A stretch of 63,896 bases of DNA, filler included, from Platydemus manokwari (GCA_037951405.1; 6 parts of 6 records of this genome joined end to end with filler, not necessarily neighbours in it), one strand, 5' to 3'; positions 41,985-56,965 are shown, counted from the first letter of the whole stretch. Program-made: numbers and translations. The notes: generated by a model not told the origin, from the sequence alone.

Positions 41985-42524
41985 AGATCATACTGATAAA
42001 ATACTGATCAATATTATAGTTTTTTCATTTATCTCTAGTTATTCTCTCTGTTGTACTTCGAATTCATGAGATAACTGGTTATGCTCCAAGAGTGTGGAGA
42101 CCATTAACCGTTACTCGTTCCAAGAAGTTTTAAAGATCTGTTATAAGGTTTGATGTATAGTGTAGCATTAAAATCAATTTGTAATTCTTATTTTATAATT
42201 TTATTTGTTAGCCAGTTTGTATCATTCTTATTTATTAATAAACATTTGTATTAGGAAGTCTTCGTTATTGATTTAATAGGGATCATAAATCATTGCCCTT
42301 CATCTTAAATGTCAGTGAGTTTAGGAATTTAAATAAGTTGCAAAAACTGAGACTGATAGTTAAGACTGTTGCCACATTTATTGTCTTCACACAATATGGT
42401 TGTATTGTAGATTACCCCAGTGGTCTTAATCAATAACTCATTGAAACTTATTAAGACAATAGTGATATCAAATTGAAATAATATTTATAAAATAATAAAA
42501 TCGATAAAGCCCGATCCTAATATA
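41985..42524 (+). repeat. Dispersed repeat family B, direct copy
   Basis: Shares taaaatactgatc, ctccaagag.gtggag, tatagtgtag, tattgtcttcacacaata, tagtgatatcaaat and gcccga with 39010-39568. Confidence 0.75.
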
Positions 42525-45065
42525 ATAATCCCTTATAATAAAATGATGATTAAATTTCTCTAAATAATTATGTATGAATTAAAAAATAAAATATGTTAAA
42601 TTTCCTCAGTTCGTAAACAGATGATTAGCTAATTTGGAAACAAAATAAGGAAATTGAAAGATCAATGAAAGATCAACTCGGCATGACAAAAGGAAAAGAA
42701 ATTGTGTGATCAAAAAATTAATCATGGGCTAAAAGTAAACATTAGCCAGTAAGAACAGAATATGATAGGAATTAATCATAAATGCTTACGAAATAAATTA
42801 TAAGGAAAAGAGTTAAATTCACCGAAATATATTCATCATATATTGTTTCTAAAACTCGATAACATGCTCTCAGTGAGCTTGGGTATAGGAATGCTCATTT
42901 TATTCAATTCAGAAGGTTTGGAATTATTGTTGTTGATTTCGGTGGGCAGAAGATTTGTTTTTTTTCTGTGCAGAGTTAGTAAATACAAAAAAGATAAAGA
43001 TGGTTATGTAATCACTTGTGTTTCTGAAAGCTTGATCAATTGCTAAATCAATCTGTGAGCCCAACAATAAACGCCTTTCTCTTTAATTTTTTTGTAATCA
43101 GTCAAGTCGAAAATTTGTGTTTAGGCTAAAATTACTCAGTTCGTCATCAAAGGGTTTGTTTAATGTATTTAAAAAATTTATGTTCAGAATATATTGTTGG
43201 AGATTTCTAGGATATTTTATTTTTTTCCATTTTTAATTTTTAATTTTATCTATTTATTTTCTTGTCTCCAATTTGTTAAGGGGTTTGGTGGCACCCGGAT
43301 TTGAGTTAAATCATAACTTAATGAGATGAAAACAAGATAATTTGCAAAGGAATTTCCAATTTATTTTACTTAGCACGATAAGTTATTTTAAAAATTCTAT
43401 TCAGAAAAGGACCTCATTTAAGTAGAATAATTTCTCAATAGTACAATGATAATAGCTCTGATTGTTAACTCAATATTCATTTGTTTAATTCTTTTTACTT
43501 TATCTTGTTCTCCAATGATCAGAAATTGAAATATTCTTTATGAAATTGAAGTAGACAATTTCGAATAATATGGCCATTTAAATAATTCTGTTCACTATAT
43601 TGTGCTGGGAAGGTGCCCGAGCACCAGCACTCAAGAGCGAATTGGGCTGGATGATGAGGAGAACTGGGACGGCATTGTATACCAGGGAAATAAACCTAAG
43701 AGGATCAGTCGGAGCGAAAAGGCTGAGCAAATATAAACAATTGCAAACGAAACAGCAATCAGATTATCGAGGTGGATATTAATGAGGAGTTCGACCACAA
43801 CCATGTATAATTGATTTTAACTTGTTGATTTATTTTTGATCCGAATTGTCTCCAATATTTACCTTAGCAAATCTATATTCCTAATTCCTTCCTTTAATTT
43901 CAATGTATAACAGTAGCATCGGTCTATATGTAATAATTAGTAGTATTTTGAAAATAATTAATACTTTTGATAAAAATAATTTTGATAAACATAATTTCAT
44001 TTTGAGGATTTTTGACCATGAATTCCTTTCACAATTTATTCAAAATTCTCAACAATTCTCATGCAAAAAATTTAATTTTATAAAATATTTAAAATTTTGA
44101 CCAAAATTATCCGACCTAATTATTCTTAGTAACTATGATTATAAATCTCTCGATCAGATTGATTGACGCCGCTACTATTTTACAAGGCAAGTATTGAAAA
44201 CAAACTGAAAAGTCAAGACACAAAATTATATTTAATTGCAGTTCTTTAAACAAATTAATATATAAAATCGGATTAAAAATCTTATAAATTCATATTTTAA
44301 AAACCGTCATCATCATTTTAAAATCCTTACATACAATATATTATTCTTAAGTTTTCTGCTAAAGAGTCAAATGCATTCAACTAGTTGGAGAGATTCCTTT
44401 GTGCAACAATGAAATAAAGAAATATATAAAGTATTGTGATCTTATCGATTTAAATAAACTACGCAGCCATAGAAAAAATTGTATGTTTGATCACAAAATA
44501 AATTTTACTTATCATTGTTTCTGAATATTATAATACATTGAAATTTCTGGTAAAAAATATACCTGGCATGAATTTACCAACAACGATAAAATTTTCATGA
44601 TATCAGGTTTAAATTTCGTGAAAAAATAGAGAAAAGTTTATGAATTAAGTGCAAATAATGAATATTGATGTTTGATTTTATGTTATTTTGTAAGTTTCTA
44701 TATGTGTACTGCATACTTCTAGCTGCTATTTTTAGTAACATTCTATTTTTAGTATAGTGTATTACTATTTTTAATTTTCCAACGTATTTAATATTATTTT
44801 TTGTTACCATAGTTATTCAAAGTAATTTTTGCTACTTTTCTATTTTTACATATCTTATAAAATTTTAGTTAATATTTTGTGTCCTTGGAATGACCTTCAG
44901 GTCGATTAAATAAAGAGAAAACATAAAAAATTTGACGTTAATACAAATATTTATTTTTATTTAATTTTAAAATACTTTTTTTTAAATTATTTTTATTTTA
45001 GTTTATTTTATTTTAAATTTCAATTTCTTATTTTAAATTTTTTTATGATTTTACTTACCCTTGTT

Positions 45066-45165
45066 NNNNNNNNNNNNNNNNNNNNNNNNNNNNNNNNNNN
45101 NNNNNNNNNTTAATTAATTAANNNNNNNNNNNNNNNNNNNNNNNNNNNNNNNNNNNNNNNNNNNN
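45066..45165. other. Assembly gap with linker
   Basis: N block with TTAATTAATTAA. Confidence 0.97.
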
Positions 45166-45258
45166 TTCATCAGACAACCGTGACCTGTAGCAAGATTTTT
45201 GTCATAATGTTCGTGTGTTTCATAGTAAGCTTGGCGGGCCGTGCTTTGGAGACCCCTG
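45166..45258. mobile_element. End of a hAT (Buster/Charlie) element running into the gap
   Basis: GCGGGCCG...TTTGGAGACCCCTG (reverse complement CAGGGGTCTCCAAA), followed by GTCTAATT, an NNNTANNN target 8-mer. Confidence 0.8.
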
Positions 45259-48200
45259 GTCTAATTGACAAAACCTATCAAAGGAATGAAGAGAATACGA
45301 AAGTTTGAATTACCTAAGAAAATATCGAACGTGTTTAGCGCCCGACATATTTTACTTTTAAGTTAAAGCTTTACTTGAAAGGACATGGGATTCTTGACAA
45401 TGCTTTAATCTAGTGATCAATTCTTTTGAATGATGTTTACGGTCGAAGATATAATTTCTTAAATATCGTTTTCAGTTTATGCACAAAATTTCTTGTCTTA
45501 AAATTTATAATCAACCCTACAAAATTTCCTCCCTTTTGTATACTTTTTTATTTTGGCCTAATAATTAATTATTTAAATGATGAGCATTTTAACTACTAAA
45601 TGTATTGATCACATTTCCGAAAATTATTAATATTCCTAATTTAATAATTTTAAATGATTAATTTATTGATTTAACTATATTAAGTAATTTCTATAACTCT
45701 TATTTTTTAAAAATTATTTGTGGGTGGAAAGGTCTTATTACTGCTATAGGTCAATTAATTCTAATTAATTTAATCTGAAATTTGTTTTATTTCTTTTTTA
45801 TTGTTTTTAACTTAATTAGTAGTTGGTTTGAGCCCAGTGTGGTAATCTCTTAGATCGATATCAATTTTATAACCATAATTTATATTTAAATACAAGTGTA
45901 ATTTTAAAATATAAATAACTTTGTTGATGAGCAAGTGATTTTTATTGATAAATCCCCAATATCGGAAAGTGAAGAAAGATATTTTAAGGAATGATAATAA
46001 TAAATTGTGATTTGTTGAATAATTTCGTTAAAAACTTGAATTTTTCTACTTTTAATTTTTGCAATATTTTAGAAATCTTTATTTTTAGTAAAAAATAAAA
46101 CATTGGTTTTTGTCTGATAAATAAAAACTTTAGAATTTAATTTTTGAGTCGTAAAAACCTGAACATTAGGAAAGAAATCCTATGAATTTACATCGAACGG
46201 TTAACTTATGTCTTTGGAGACTTGTTCGACTTATAATGAAAAAAATTAAAAATAGCCTGTTACTGATACAATATTATTCAAATATAACTCTATTTCTAAA
46301 CAATAAATTTTAAGTAATCGACATCAACCGAGGATAATTCATTGAGTTTGGTATCATGGGATTCCATATCACAATATTTTAGCTTTGGTAGTTTAATTCA
46401 TCTTTTTTTCTTTAAAGGTTATCGGAGATTTCTTCTTAGTCGTCATTTATTTCCATGAACTAAATATTCGTTTAACTTTTTCTTAAGAAATTCTAGCATG
46501 TTCAGTGTAGAGGTTTTGGGGTGTCCATGCTTCAAGTACTTCTACTATGAGAAATGTAGATAGATCGTCCAGTCACAAATGAGTCCATGTGGAACATAGC
46601 TTTAATTAACAGATTATTTGAAAACAATTTTTTTAGAGTTTTAAATAAAGTTCGTCTTGAAATTAATTATTTTAAATTCGATTTTGAATTTAAATTTATA
46701 AATATTTATAATATAACGAGTCAAATGTGTTTAAATTATTTAAATTTTAAGATTATTTTAAAAAATTAATTTAAATTATAATTTTTAAAATCGAATTTAT
46801 TTTTTTCTAATATATCATTGTTAATAATTGCCAGACAATCAAATGTACAAGATCATATAAAATTACCAACATCGTTTTCATGGATATAAAACAAAATAAT
46901 CAAAATATTCGATAAAACAATAGCCATCTGGAAACGAATAAATGCTTAAATATACCTCAAGGTCAATAAATATTCTCAGCTTATATCAAGACGATGATCA
47001 TATAATAATAAATTAATAAATTAATAATAAAAATAAACTTATTTCAAACTAAGTTATAAACCTAAGCTGAAATTTGCAAAACCGATTCAATTTAAGGTGA
47101 CAAAAATCAGAAATTCAAGCCATTAAAATTTAAGATTTCTAAAATTTGCTCCTAGGATTTCCAAATTTAGACAAAGAAAAATGTAATTTGAAGCACTTGA
47201 TAAAGAAAATGATTAATATTAATAATAATTAATTATAAAATATTAGTCCGGGTTATGATAAAATTGACAACCTGGATTTATTAAATCGATATTTGATGAA
47301 AGCAAAATTAAATTTTTATATAAAACAATTCTGCAAATATTTATTTCAACAAATACCAAACTTTATAAAAAAGTATTTGAAACAAAATACTTCAATAAGA
47401 TGATAAAAAAAATGCAAATCAATTACTTTACCAAAACCAATTTGTTTTTGACAGAATACTATTTCAAAATTAAAAATCAAATTTGACTTACATTTCGCGA
47501 TTGTGAGGACTTTTTCAACCTTTAATTTCCAATTCCAAATGTATTAATTGTAAATAATAATAAACTATTTTTAAACACCAACTGTTCGTATAATGATTGG
47601 ATCATGGTGCGGACTGAAGAAAATATGGCATGTTTGAGTAGTGAGAAATGAAGGTGTTGTTTGTTTAAATTTACAAATATATATTATAACTCTTACAGCA
47701 ATTGAAATAATCATTTTTTCCTACCCTACACTTTCTAATCGATATTTAAAATTTAATAAGTTTTGAAAAAATACGTATTTTAACAAGTATTTAAAAATCT
47801 AACAATTTCTTATTAGAATTTCGATTTTTATTTTAGCCCCATCTCTATGATCCGATGATACTGTACATCAACATTAAACTATTATTGCTGGCAGCAATTC
47901 TTGACAACACCAAGCATATTTTTACCGTTGTTAAAATGTTTGGTTATTTTATTGTAATTTTATTTCGTAGCATATGCATTTTGTGTTTTAAACAAACGTC
48001 GAAGCTTTGTATTTCTTATCTTTGGATAACTTGTCGAAATATTCGTACATAAAATGTTATTTCTTAGCCAACAATAGTTTATCAATAAAAATTATATCTT
48101 CGTAAAACTTTGATAATCTTAACAACAGACGAAAACTGAATCAAGTAGTACTATTCGGTTTAGTATTTTGTACTTATCTCCTACTATATTGTTACAATTG

Positions 48201-48899
48201 TACATAAACTCAACCTATCATATTGTCTATTTATTATCCAGTAATAACCATATTTATTCTCATAATCATCGTCGAGATCTTTCTGGAAATATTATAATAT
48301 TCATTAACGTGCTTTCATTACTTATCATAACAAAGACTGAAACGTATTTAAGCTTTGCTATTAAATAAATTATTAAATATAAAACAAGCGATTTCGTTAA
48401 TTGAATTATTTTGGCATCCAGCTTAACAGATTCACCTTGATAACTTTTTATACAACACATTTCACACATATGATATTGAAGAATATCATCATTTCTATAA
48501 AAGTAAAAGGCAGTAAATTTTGTTTGGAATAAGCACAAATTTGATAAATTCACAAGCATTTTATAATAATTGTCTTGATTAATTACTACTTTTCCAAAGA
48601 CTTATCATTTCTAAATCCGACGCCATTTTATTTCAATAATTGTAGTAATTAAAATCAATTTGAAATTATCAACAAATTACTACTTCATTTAAAGTATTTA
48701 TAAATAATTATTTTTAAATTTAATGAAATCGTAAAATCTTAATTAATTAACCAGTATGTAATTAAATTTAATGATAGTTAGCTCTACCAATAAATACAAT
48801 TGGAAAGCTGTTTATAAATAGTTATTCATGTTTTCTTTAAATATAACACAATTATTTAGATAAACACCTTGTTATTTTGGAGATTGATTTCCAATGGCA

Positions 48900-49990
48900 T
48901 CACATAATTATTGTTCATCTTATAATTGTTCATTCATTGTCAATACATTGTTTGATATTTTGATTATACAAGTGTGTCGACTTTTCAGGTGTACGAATTA
49001 AATATAAGTGAAATAAATCGAATAAGAATGAAAATGTGGCTATTTGAAAATACAAAAATAATGAGCACAATAAACAAAGCCAAGTGGCCTTTAGACAGTG
49101 GTCAGAACAATTCAATATTAAAGACATGAATTGGAAACATTTGGAATTTAAATTGTCAATGTTGAACTTAAATCAATCAAATCTTACACGTATATCTGAG
49201 TCTCTTAAAATAAGTCGTTCTTTACAATAAAATTCTTGTATAATTTGTCATGGTAAGTCGTTTATAAAATTGATCTGTTTGTTTAGTTTGAGATAAACAA
49301 ACTTATGAAGGCTTGATTAAAACCCTAGAATAAGGCTTTAGAGGAACAGTAAGTTCATGAGCTAACAGCCAATCGCACATTTTAAAATCAAAGACTGCTG
49401 ATTGCATGATTATTACCGGTTGAGATATACTAATAAAAATGAACGAACATTACAATGAATATAATACTTAATTTTTGGTGCAGGTAGCTGTCAATATTGT
49501 TATAAGACTATACAAGGAAAAATATTAAACCATCTCAGAAAACGCTTAACACTAATACACTGTTCAAAGTGATATTCGTAGTGGTGGTCGTATCACACAC
49601 TTTATGGTGTGCAATTGGAAAGAGATATATGGAGTCTTCATTGCACAAAATAATTGTAGAGTTTTAATTGGCTTTTATTGATATGTGAAATTACTGACTG
49701 ATTCTTATAAGTGGGTTTTTCACAGGTATCACTGTCCAATGAAACTTGTCAATTTTCCAGTCACACACACATTTATTTAAAAATGTTGTTTTACAAGTTA
49801 AGGAAGTTACAATTGGGATTTTTCAGTACCATGCAATTTTCGTATAATATTTTTTATTATCTATATCACAATTTTGCAACTAAAGCGCACTGAGATTATG
49901 CTTGGCACGTAAATTTTTCACTATATATCAAAAAGATTTCGCTGCTATTACACTCAATTTGTTTTTCTTTCAAATCGGGGATATTTATTA
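48900..49990 (+). mobile_element. Possible heavily decayed CR1/L2-type LINE 3' part
   Basis: Only faint motif echoes: VDFS at ~48976 and an FFSNR-like stretch at ~49962-49980. No intact frame. Confidence 0.25.
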
Positions 49991-51450
49991 TGATTTCACT
50001 TAACACATCTGATTATTTCGAGAATTGTTAGACATAAATTTATTTGTGCGGTTTATAAATACAAGCATATTTGCTACGGTAATATGTTTTCTTCTCAATG
50101 TGGTTTGCTGGTTTTCGCGATTGGTTTGGGGAGTGTTAATTTACTCTAGTTACAGTACTTTTAGTTTATTGACTTGTCTCGTGGTTTCTGGGTTTTCCTT
50201 CGATATTTACTGTCTACTTTTATTGCATTTTAATTGCTTTTTAACTTATTAACTTTATTATTAATATTTTTCATGAATTTTAATTTTGAATTTAAATCTT
50301 TCGTTGTTTGCTTTTCACATTTTCATTTTACAGTGGACAAAGGCATTTTTATTGTTGGCATATAATGGTGTCTAAATTAAAAAAGCACTTTAAGATTAAA
50401 ATATGGATTTGAATTTCATAGGAATGAGAATTGAATGGGAATGAATTAAGTAGCTCACTTGAATGTTGATGGATTTCCTTGATTAAAGTAAGAAATTTGA
50501 AAATTTAGATTTCCAAGGATTGATTGGGTTTTTTGGTAAGCTATATTTATAATTTTATTTGTTTGAAATTGAACAATATTGATTTTCAAACAACACAACT
50601 TGGAAGGATAATTCCAATTAAGTAAAGTATTATGATACTGCGATATATATACACTCTCTTTTATCGTAGCGTTAAAATTTTTTGTCCTTTTTTATATGAA
50701 GTTTAACGTAGAATTTCGAAAGAGATAATATCAAACGCAATTATGTGCAAAATATTATGCCAAGCATGCGATTATTTAATTTTGGTTGACAAATTTCCAA
50801 ATGTTTGAAGTTTGTATTTCATTATCGATTTACTTTTAAAAGAAATTAATTGAGCTAGATAGATTTTTAAATTCATTTAAACAAATACTTGTTTAAATTT
50901 TGTTTTAATTAATAATCTTAACTAGAAGAAGTCATTGAAAGTATTCATTTCAGTACACTGTGTTAGAAATAGATCAATATAATTTCATAATTCGGAGAAA
51001 ATTCAAATAGATCATTGAAATATTATTCAAGTGTTCTTTTCTGTTATTTGTTTTTGATTTTGCGGAAATTTTCTGAAAGATTGCTAATTGTGGTGTTCAT
51101 TTAAATGTATTGATATTTTATAATTACTGAAACAAGTGAATACCGTTAAATTTAATTCCAAAATAAATTAAGATTTTTTAAAATTTACCTAAAATCTTTG
51201 AATGATTTCAGGATGTCCAACAATATCATTTGTTCGATACTTTTAATGCCATCTTTTACTTGGTATGGATAATCAAATATTTATAAATCATTATTGACTG
51301 TTTTTCAATATCAGTTACAGAATTAGAATGTCTCATTATTTTCACATTGGATTCGAAAAGATTTGAATTTGCAACTTTCAGTGTCGAGATTGTAATTTAC
51401 TTTTGGATTTATTAAATGCCGCAACGCATGAATACACGCACACACATATA

Positions 51451-51696
51451 TGTTGAGTATATCACAAATCAATCAAAAGGGTCCCAAGAACCAAGGAAAA
51501 GCCCTAAAAAGGGTCAATACACACAAACCCGATAAACATACATGCCGTTAACCAATCACATTCGTTCTAATGTTAATCAATATTTAGAAGCTAAGAATAG
51601 ACAGGCACATGCCTACAACCGATAGCAAGCTCAAATGTTTACCACTGACATGAAAGATATAAGGAAAATCTCAAGTAAATCGATCCACAAACACAG
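51451..51696 (+). repeat. LTR-like repeat related to family A, between TA-rich flanks
   Basis: Starts TGTTGAGT after CATATA. Shares aaccaatc, catgcctaca and aaatctcaagta with the reverse complement of 3800-4120. Followed by (TA)n. Confidence 0.4.
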
Positions 51697-53462
51697 TTAT
51701 ATATATATATATAGTCAAAGAATGAGTTTTAGAAGCGACACGAAATTCAGAAAATTAATCTCCGTGATATTGATTTTTTGAAATAATTTGAAATACTTCA
51801 AGACTGTAGGGAAGTTGAATAGAAAAATTATCTTTTTATCGTGATTAAATTGTAGTATAATGAATAGTCATCAAATGACATAACTACTTTTAACATTCTT
51901 ACTTGGTTTTCAATATGCCTCATCAATACCTGGACAATGAGAAGTTGACTTTAAGAAATGTATAGAATAATTCTTTGTTTATATCAGCCGATAATCAATA
52001 GAATAATACATTATCTGTGATTTATATATTGTGGTAAAAATTAATGAAGCACCAGGGATGAATTTATAAATCCTGACAGTCAATAAATTATAAAGCACAA
52101 TTGATGACAAACTAGAGATAGTCATTTCAAATGAGTAACTAGAAAAACAATTGTGAGAGATTGAAAACAGATCTGCAATTTTGATTGATGACCTCAGGTC
52201 AATAAGATAATATCTCCAATTCAAATTAAAAATAATATTGATGCATGATGATTTTGAAACACTCAAAAAATCAATGAAATTATAATTAACCACAACTAAA
52301 TACATTAGATGAAAATCGAAGCTAAATACGCAGAGAATAAAAATAATCACCCATGTAATAAAGATAAAGGTAGTCACAAAAGTTACCCACCACGAAGATA
52401 GATAGGACTAAATGAAATATATAAAATAACCATCTGTTTATATAATAATTTTGAGACCAGTTCACGAAGTAACCCAAAACACAGGATTACTATATCGGGG
52501 CTAAAAATTTACGCAGAAACTGACTGGATTTTAAGGGCTGACAGGCAATAAATTTCGACGCATTATTGCTGCCAGGATAAATTCGGTAGGAGAATGAAAA
52601 TTCAATTCATAATGAATTACAGATTGAACTACGTGTATGATGGATGATCTTAGCTTAATTTTATAATTAGTTAAAAAATAATTATTATACTATAATTAAT
52701 TATAATTATTATATAAAGTACATATTATCAACTAATATAAATAGTTAAAAAATATTATACAAAATTACATAAAAATAAAAATTTCTGTTAAAATTGAAAA
52801 TTTATTATATTTACTATTTATTATTAATATTTATTATTATTTATTTTAGGGTGCCAAAGTACATACGCACTAGGTTACCTAGTATAAATCAATTATGTCT
52901 TTATTTTTTTAATTGAATAAATATTATTGTTTCATTTTATTTTAATTCTGTATTTCTATGTTAAATACTAGCCTATATAACAATACTTTAAAATATTATA
53001 ATAATGATAGAGGAATAAAAATAACAATAATTCAACAATAATATTTTATTATAATACAAATTGTGTAATGCAGTTGATTTTAAAAGATACTCGTGTTGTG
53101 CTCTGGAGGATTAACAACCGTCGTAGGGAACTAGAGACCACCCTACTCCAAACAATAAACTAAGGGAGATTGAAGTTAGATCTCACAAATGCTCTCATCT
53201 TTGTGAGTTTATTGATTACGCCTTGCAAATCTCGTCAAGCTTTGTAGGGTAATAAAGGGCATATTAATAATAGAATTTACCAATATCATTATTGACTTTA
53301 AGTAAAAGACATGATATAGGACAGTTTATTTTACGCTGCTAATGATGGTTGGATTGTCTGAGCAGGTACAGTACAATCCTACATATATTCTACACAAATT
53401 TGAAAAATATGAAAAAGACAGATACTAATATGAAAATTGGGGATTCCAATTGGCAGTTAGGA

Positions 53463-53770
53463 ATCTTTACATCAGTATTTATATTTGAAATATGTGTGTA
53501 ATTTTTGTATCACATTTTGATTTGATATTTTAGTTTTCAAGTTTCTATTGAGCTTGTTGATTCTTGTATACACGGGATTGGTCAATTTCTTTGTGTGTTA
53601 CTGTGGGGCTATATCCTTTTTAAGGATTAGGTTTTTCCATTTAAGTCATATGGAATTTGATGGTGGGTATGCCTGTATGGTTTTGTAGACATGTAAATGC
53701 TTAAAGTGCTAAAATAAGAGTTTCAAGGTGCAAAATTGTTTTTCTTTTTCAAGATTTTGTCTCTACTCAA
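53463..53770 (-). repeat. Dispersed LTR-like repeat family A, copy 2
   Basis: Collinear with 3800-4117. Confidence 0.65.
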
Positions 53771-54883
53771 GTGATAATTTTACATTTGTTGAAATACTTC
53801 CAAAAAAGATCTTTATTAAAGACTGTCCTTCATAATAAATTTCTGTTTACAAAATTCGCATTAATTAAATATAACTAATTATAAAATGATATCCAAGATT
53901 AAAATAAAATTAATGAATTTAAATCCAATGAGCAATTCGAGAAAAAATGGATTCCACAAACATTAAAGAGAAATTCAATATCGGTTAAAAAATAATTTGG
54001 AATATTATTCTGTCAGCAATTCAGATACAGCTAATCAGTGAAAACACCCAGAGTAATAAAGAACATGGCCCACAATTTAGAAACCATGAAAAAATAACAA
54101 TTGCAGAAAAAAATGATCATTTGCTGAAAATATTACATAAATCCAAACATATTTCTTGTGACGCTAGTGGAGAACACGTGTTGAAAGACCTGCTTCATTA
54201 CTGTACTCAAACTGAAAAATATAAGCCTAGAGATAATTGGTAAACCATTCATCTGTGAAAATTTGTTAAATATTATTTTCGCATAATTCATATGTTTTCA
54301 AAACTCTTGCCATTGATAAGTATCCATTAATACAAGTAAATTTTCTTGAAATAATAAATTCCAACATACATTGTACCCAAATTGTATACAATATTACTGT
54401 CTTATTTCAGTGCACTTTTATATATTATTTTTAATATTTTTTTAATCATCGTCAACGGTGTTTTTATCGCAATTGTCAATAGTTTCATTTCATTTGTTGT
54501 CATCACAGATAATTGATAAAGTTCAGTATCATTTAATCAACTTTTCATTTCTATAAAAGAGCAATCAATATAGTAATTACTCATAAACTATATCACAATT
54601 GTTGAAATTGAAAACAGTTTATGAGATCCATTTACTAAATGCTACAAAACTTCATAATTTGAAAATGACATTGAATAGAATAGCTTATCATGCCACCCAT
54701 ATTGTCTTCAAATGATGAAGTAGCGCGAAAGAATGTATAATTAGATAGAATATATGTGGGCTCACTGAACATCGTAAACTTACTTGGGAAACTATTTGTG
54801 CTCAGCATAGCATCGATAAATTATATCAAATTTTTCACTTAACGCATTGGAAAACACCAGAGCCAATGCAGCATTCGTATATA

Positions 54884-55124
54884 TTAGGCTGAGTCAAAAG
54901 TTATTCATGTTTTTTAGTTGTTTAAAGTTTTTGTTTTACCAAATCATTTAAACANNNNNNNNNNNNNNNNNNNNNNNNNNNNNNNNNNNNNNNNNNNNTT
55001 AATTAATTAANNNNNNNNNNNNNNNNNNNNNNNNNNNNNNNNNNNNNNNNNNNNGTTTAAATGATTTGGTAAAACAAAAACTTTAAACAACTAAAAAACA
55101 TGAATAACTTTTGACTCAGCCTAA
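54884..55124. mobile_element. Young mariner-type element or MITE with its interior collapsed in the assembly gap (54955-55054)
   Basis: 54884-54953 and 55055-55124 are perfect 70-bp inverted repeats beginning TTAGGCTGAGTCAAAAGT. Each is flanked by TA (54882-83 and 55125-26). Confidence 0.85.
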
Positions 55125-56965
55125 TATATCAGAATTATATTATAGAGATTTGTCTCAGAACACCTTGAAACAGTTTTGTCCTAATATTACAAATGGATTT
55201 ATTAACCATAATCTTTCCAAGAAGTTATAAGTCGTCAATAGGTTTTCATATAGTCATATAGTGTAGCATAAATTCATCAATAGTCACTTTTCATTTTATT
55301 TGGTGTTCATTTGTGTATAAGCAGTAAATATTTACCTAACAAATTTTGGTTATTGATTGATTATGAATAATCAATAGTCTACTTTTGATCATCATCTTAT
55401 TATTGTTGCGTACAAGCATATGGTGCAAGGCTAGATCACTGGATACATAAATGTGAGTCACGAACCCTCAACTGATTGCGTAACATCCTTTCAAATATCA
55501 ATCTAAGTTCTATCAATGTTCTTTCAAAACAAAATGCTAGAACATTGGTATCTTTGTGACACGTGGTTTCTAAAATTCAACACTGATGTTGTAGTACAAA
55601 GTATTGGAACCAAATCATTCAGAATTTGTTTTAAAAATAGCAACAGCTAATTTGCCAGCTCGGTTGAATTAATTACTATTTATTTAAAAGTTTTTAAATT
55701 AGCACTTCATTGTTATAATCTTTCTCTATCCACATTAATCCTTGAAAAATTTTACTGACAGCTATAAGTGTGTTTCTAAAATGAATCAGCTAAGACAAAT
55801 TATATTACCTGGTTTCCATATGTGTCTAGTCTTCATGACAACAAACAACAACAATAAAAATTAAATTCCAAAATCTTAAGACCGTTTATCGCTTTATTTT
55901 AGATCATCTTCATTGTCGGATTGCGGTAAGATGTGTGATTTATGGTTTTATTTAATTGGGTTGTGATCTAACGGTTAAATTATTAGAAGAATAAAATCAT
56001 AAATACATTTCATCACAAATGGTTATTATTTAATAATATATTAAGATGATAATTGTCATACTCTATATATAAAATTCGTTTAAATAAATACTGCTAGAAA
56101 AAATAGTCAAATATGTGTTAAAATAAACGAAATTAAACTACGAAAGTAAAACTTGATCAATATCCTATTGATATAAGTCAATTATTACAAATTATTATAA
56201 ATTAATTAATTAATCATTAAATTCAAAAGTGAGCTATTACGGCTCTATCCTAGTTGAAGATTGCTCATAATCTGAAAAGAATATTTGCAATTTCAAAACC
56301 CAAATATGGAAAATTATTATTTTGTGTAATTGTATTTTATCAAGCTATTTATCAGTGAGTGTAACATTTGAAATACATTCTTATCATTTTGTAAAACTTC
56401 ATGTTATCGCATCTATTTAATTTAAGCTTTTCTACAGCTAAAATAATTGTTAATCCATTATCCATTTTAAAAATATATTTTGGGAAAACTAAATACTATT
56501 TTTTGCGTAATAAAAACCATTTTTCTACGCAAAGAGTGAGCGCTGAGATACCGTCAGGCCCATCGCTAAATTAAAATACAAAAGGTTATGTATTAAACTT
56601 GACAGACTTAAAATGAAATTAACAATAATAGTTAATTTTACGAAACTCCAAATAATTTGAAATGCCAATTCTTAAGATTTAATTTTAAACGGTTAAAAAA
56701 TTTAGTATAAATAACAATTTATAAAAATTAAATATAAATTAATTTTTCTAAAATTTATTTTTAAAAATGTTAAATGCTATAATCTTGTTAGTATTATTAA
56801 TAAAGAGTAGTTGTTATAATCTTTATTTAGTGAAGACATAATTAATATTTATTTGTTTAATTACGTAAAAGGTTCAATTTTTATTTATTAAAAATCAAAT
56901 TTGAAGTTGTAGAAGTGATATTGTTGATTATCACTCGTATTTAAATAAGACCTTTTATATTAAAG

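Noticed and set aside
51100-51420. GHPEIIQ and YKYLI on the - strand, and EHGPQF at ~54061 (+), echoing integrase cores
   Set aside because: Too short and decayed to call without a profile search.
51979-52377. 132-aa hydrophobic ORF and the many 60-90 aa I/F/L/N/K-rich ORFs
   Set aside because: Composition is what random AT-rich DNA gives. Many lack ATG starts, and none shows motifs or splice support.
10002-55054. Recurrent TTAATTAATTAA palindrome, superficially like a regularly spaced repeat system
   Set aside because: Always centred in a 100-nt N block. It is a synthetic scaffolding linker with stops in all six frames. ORFs ending X...LIN are artefacts of it.
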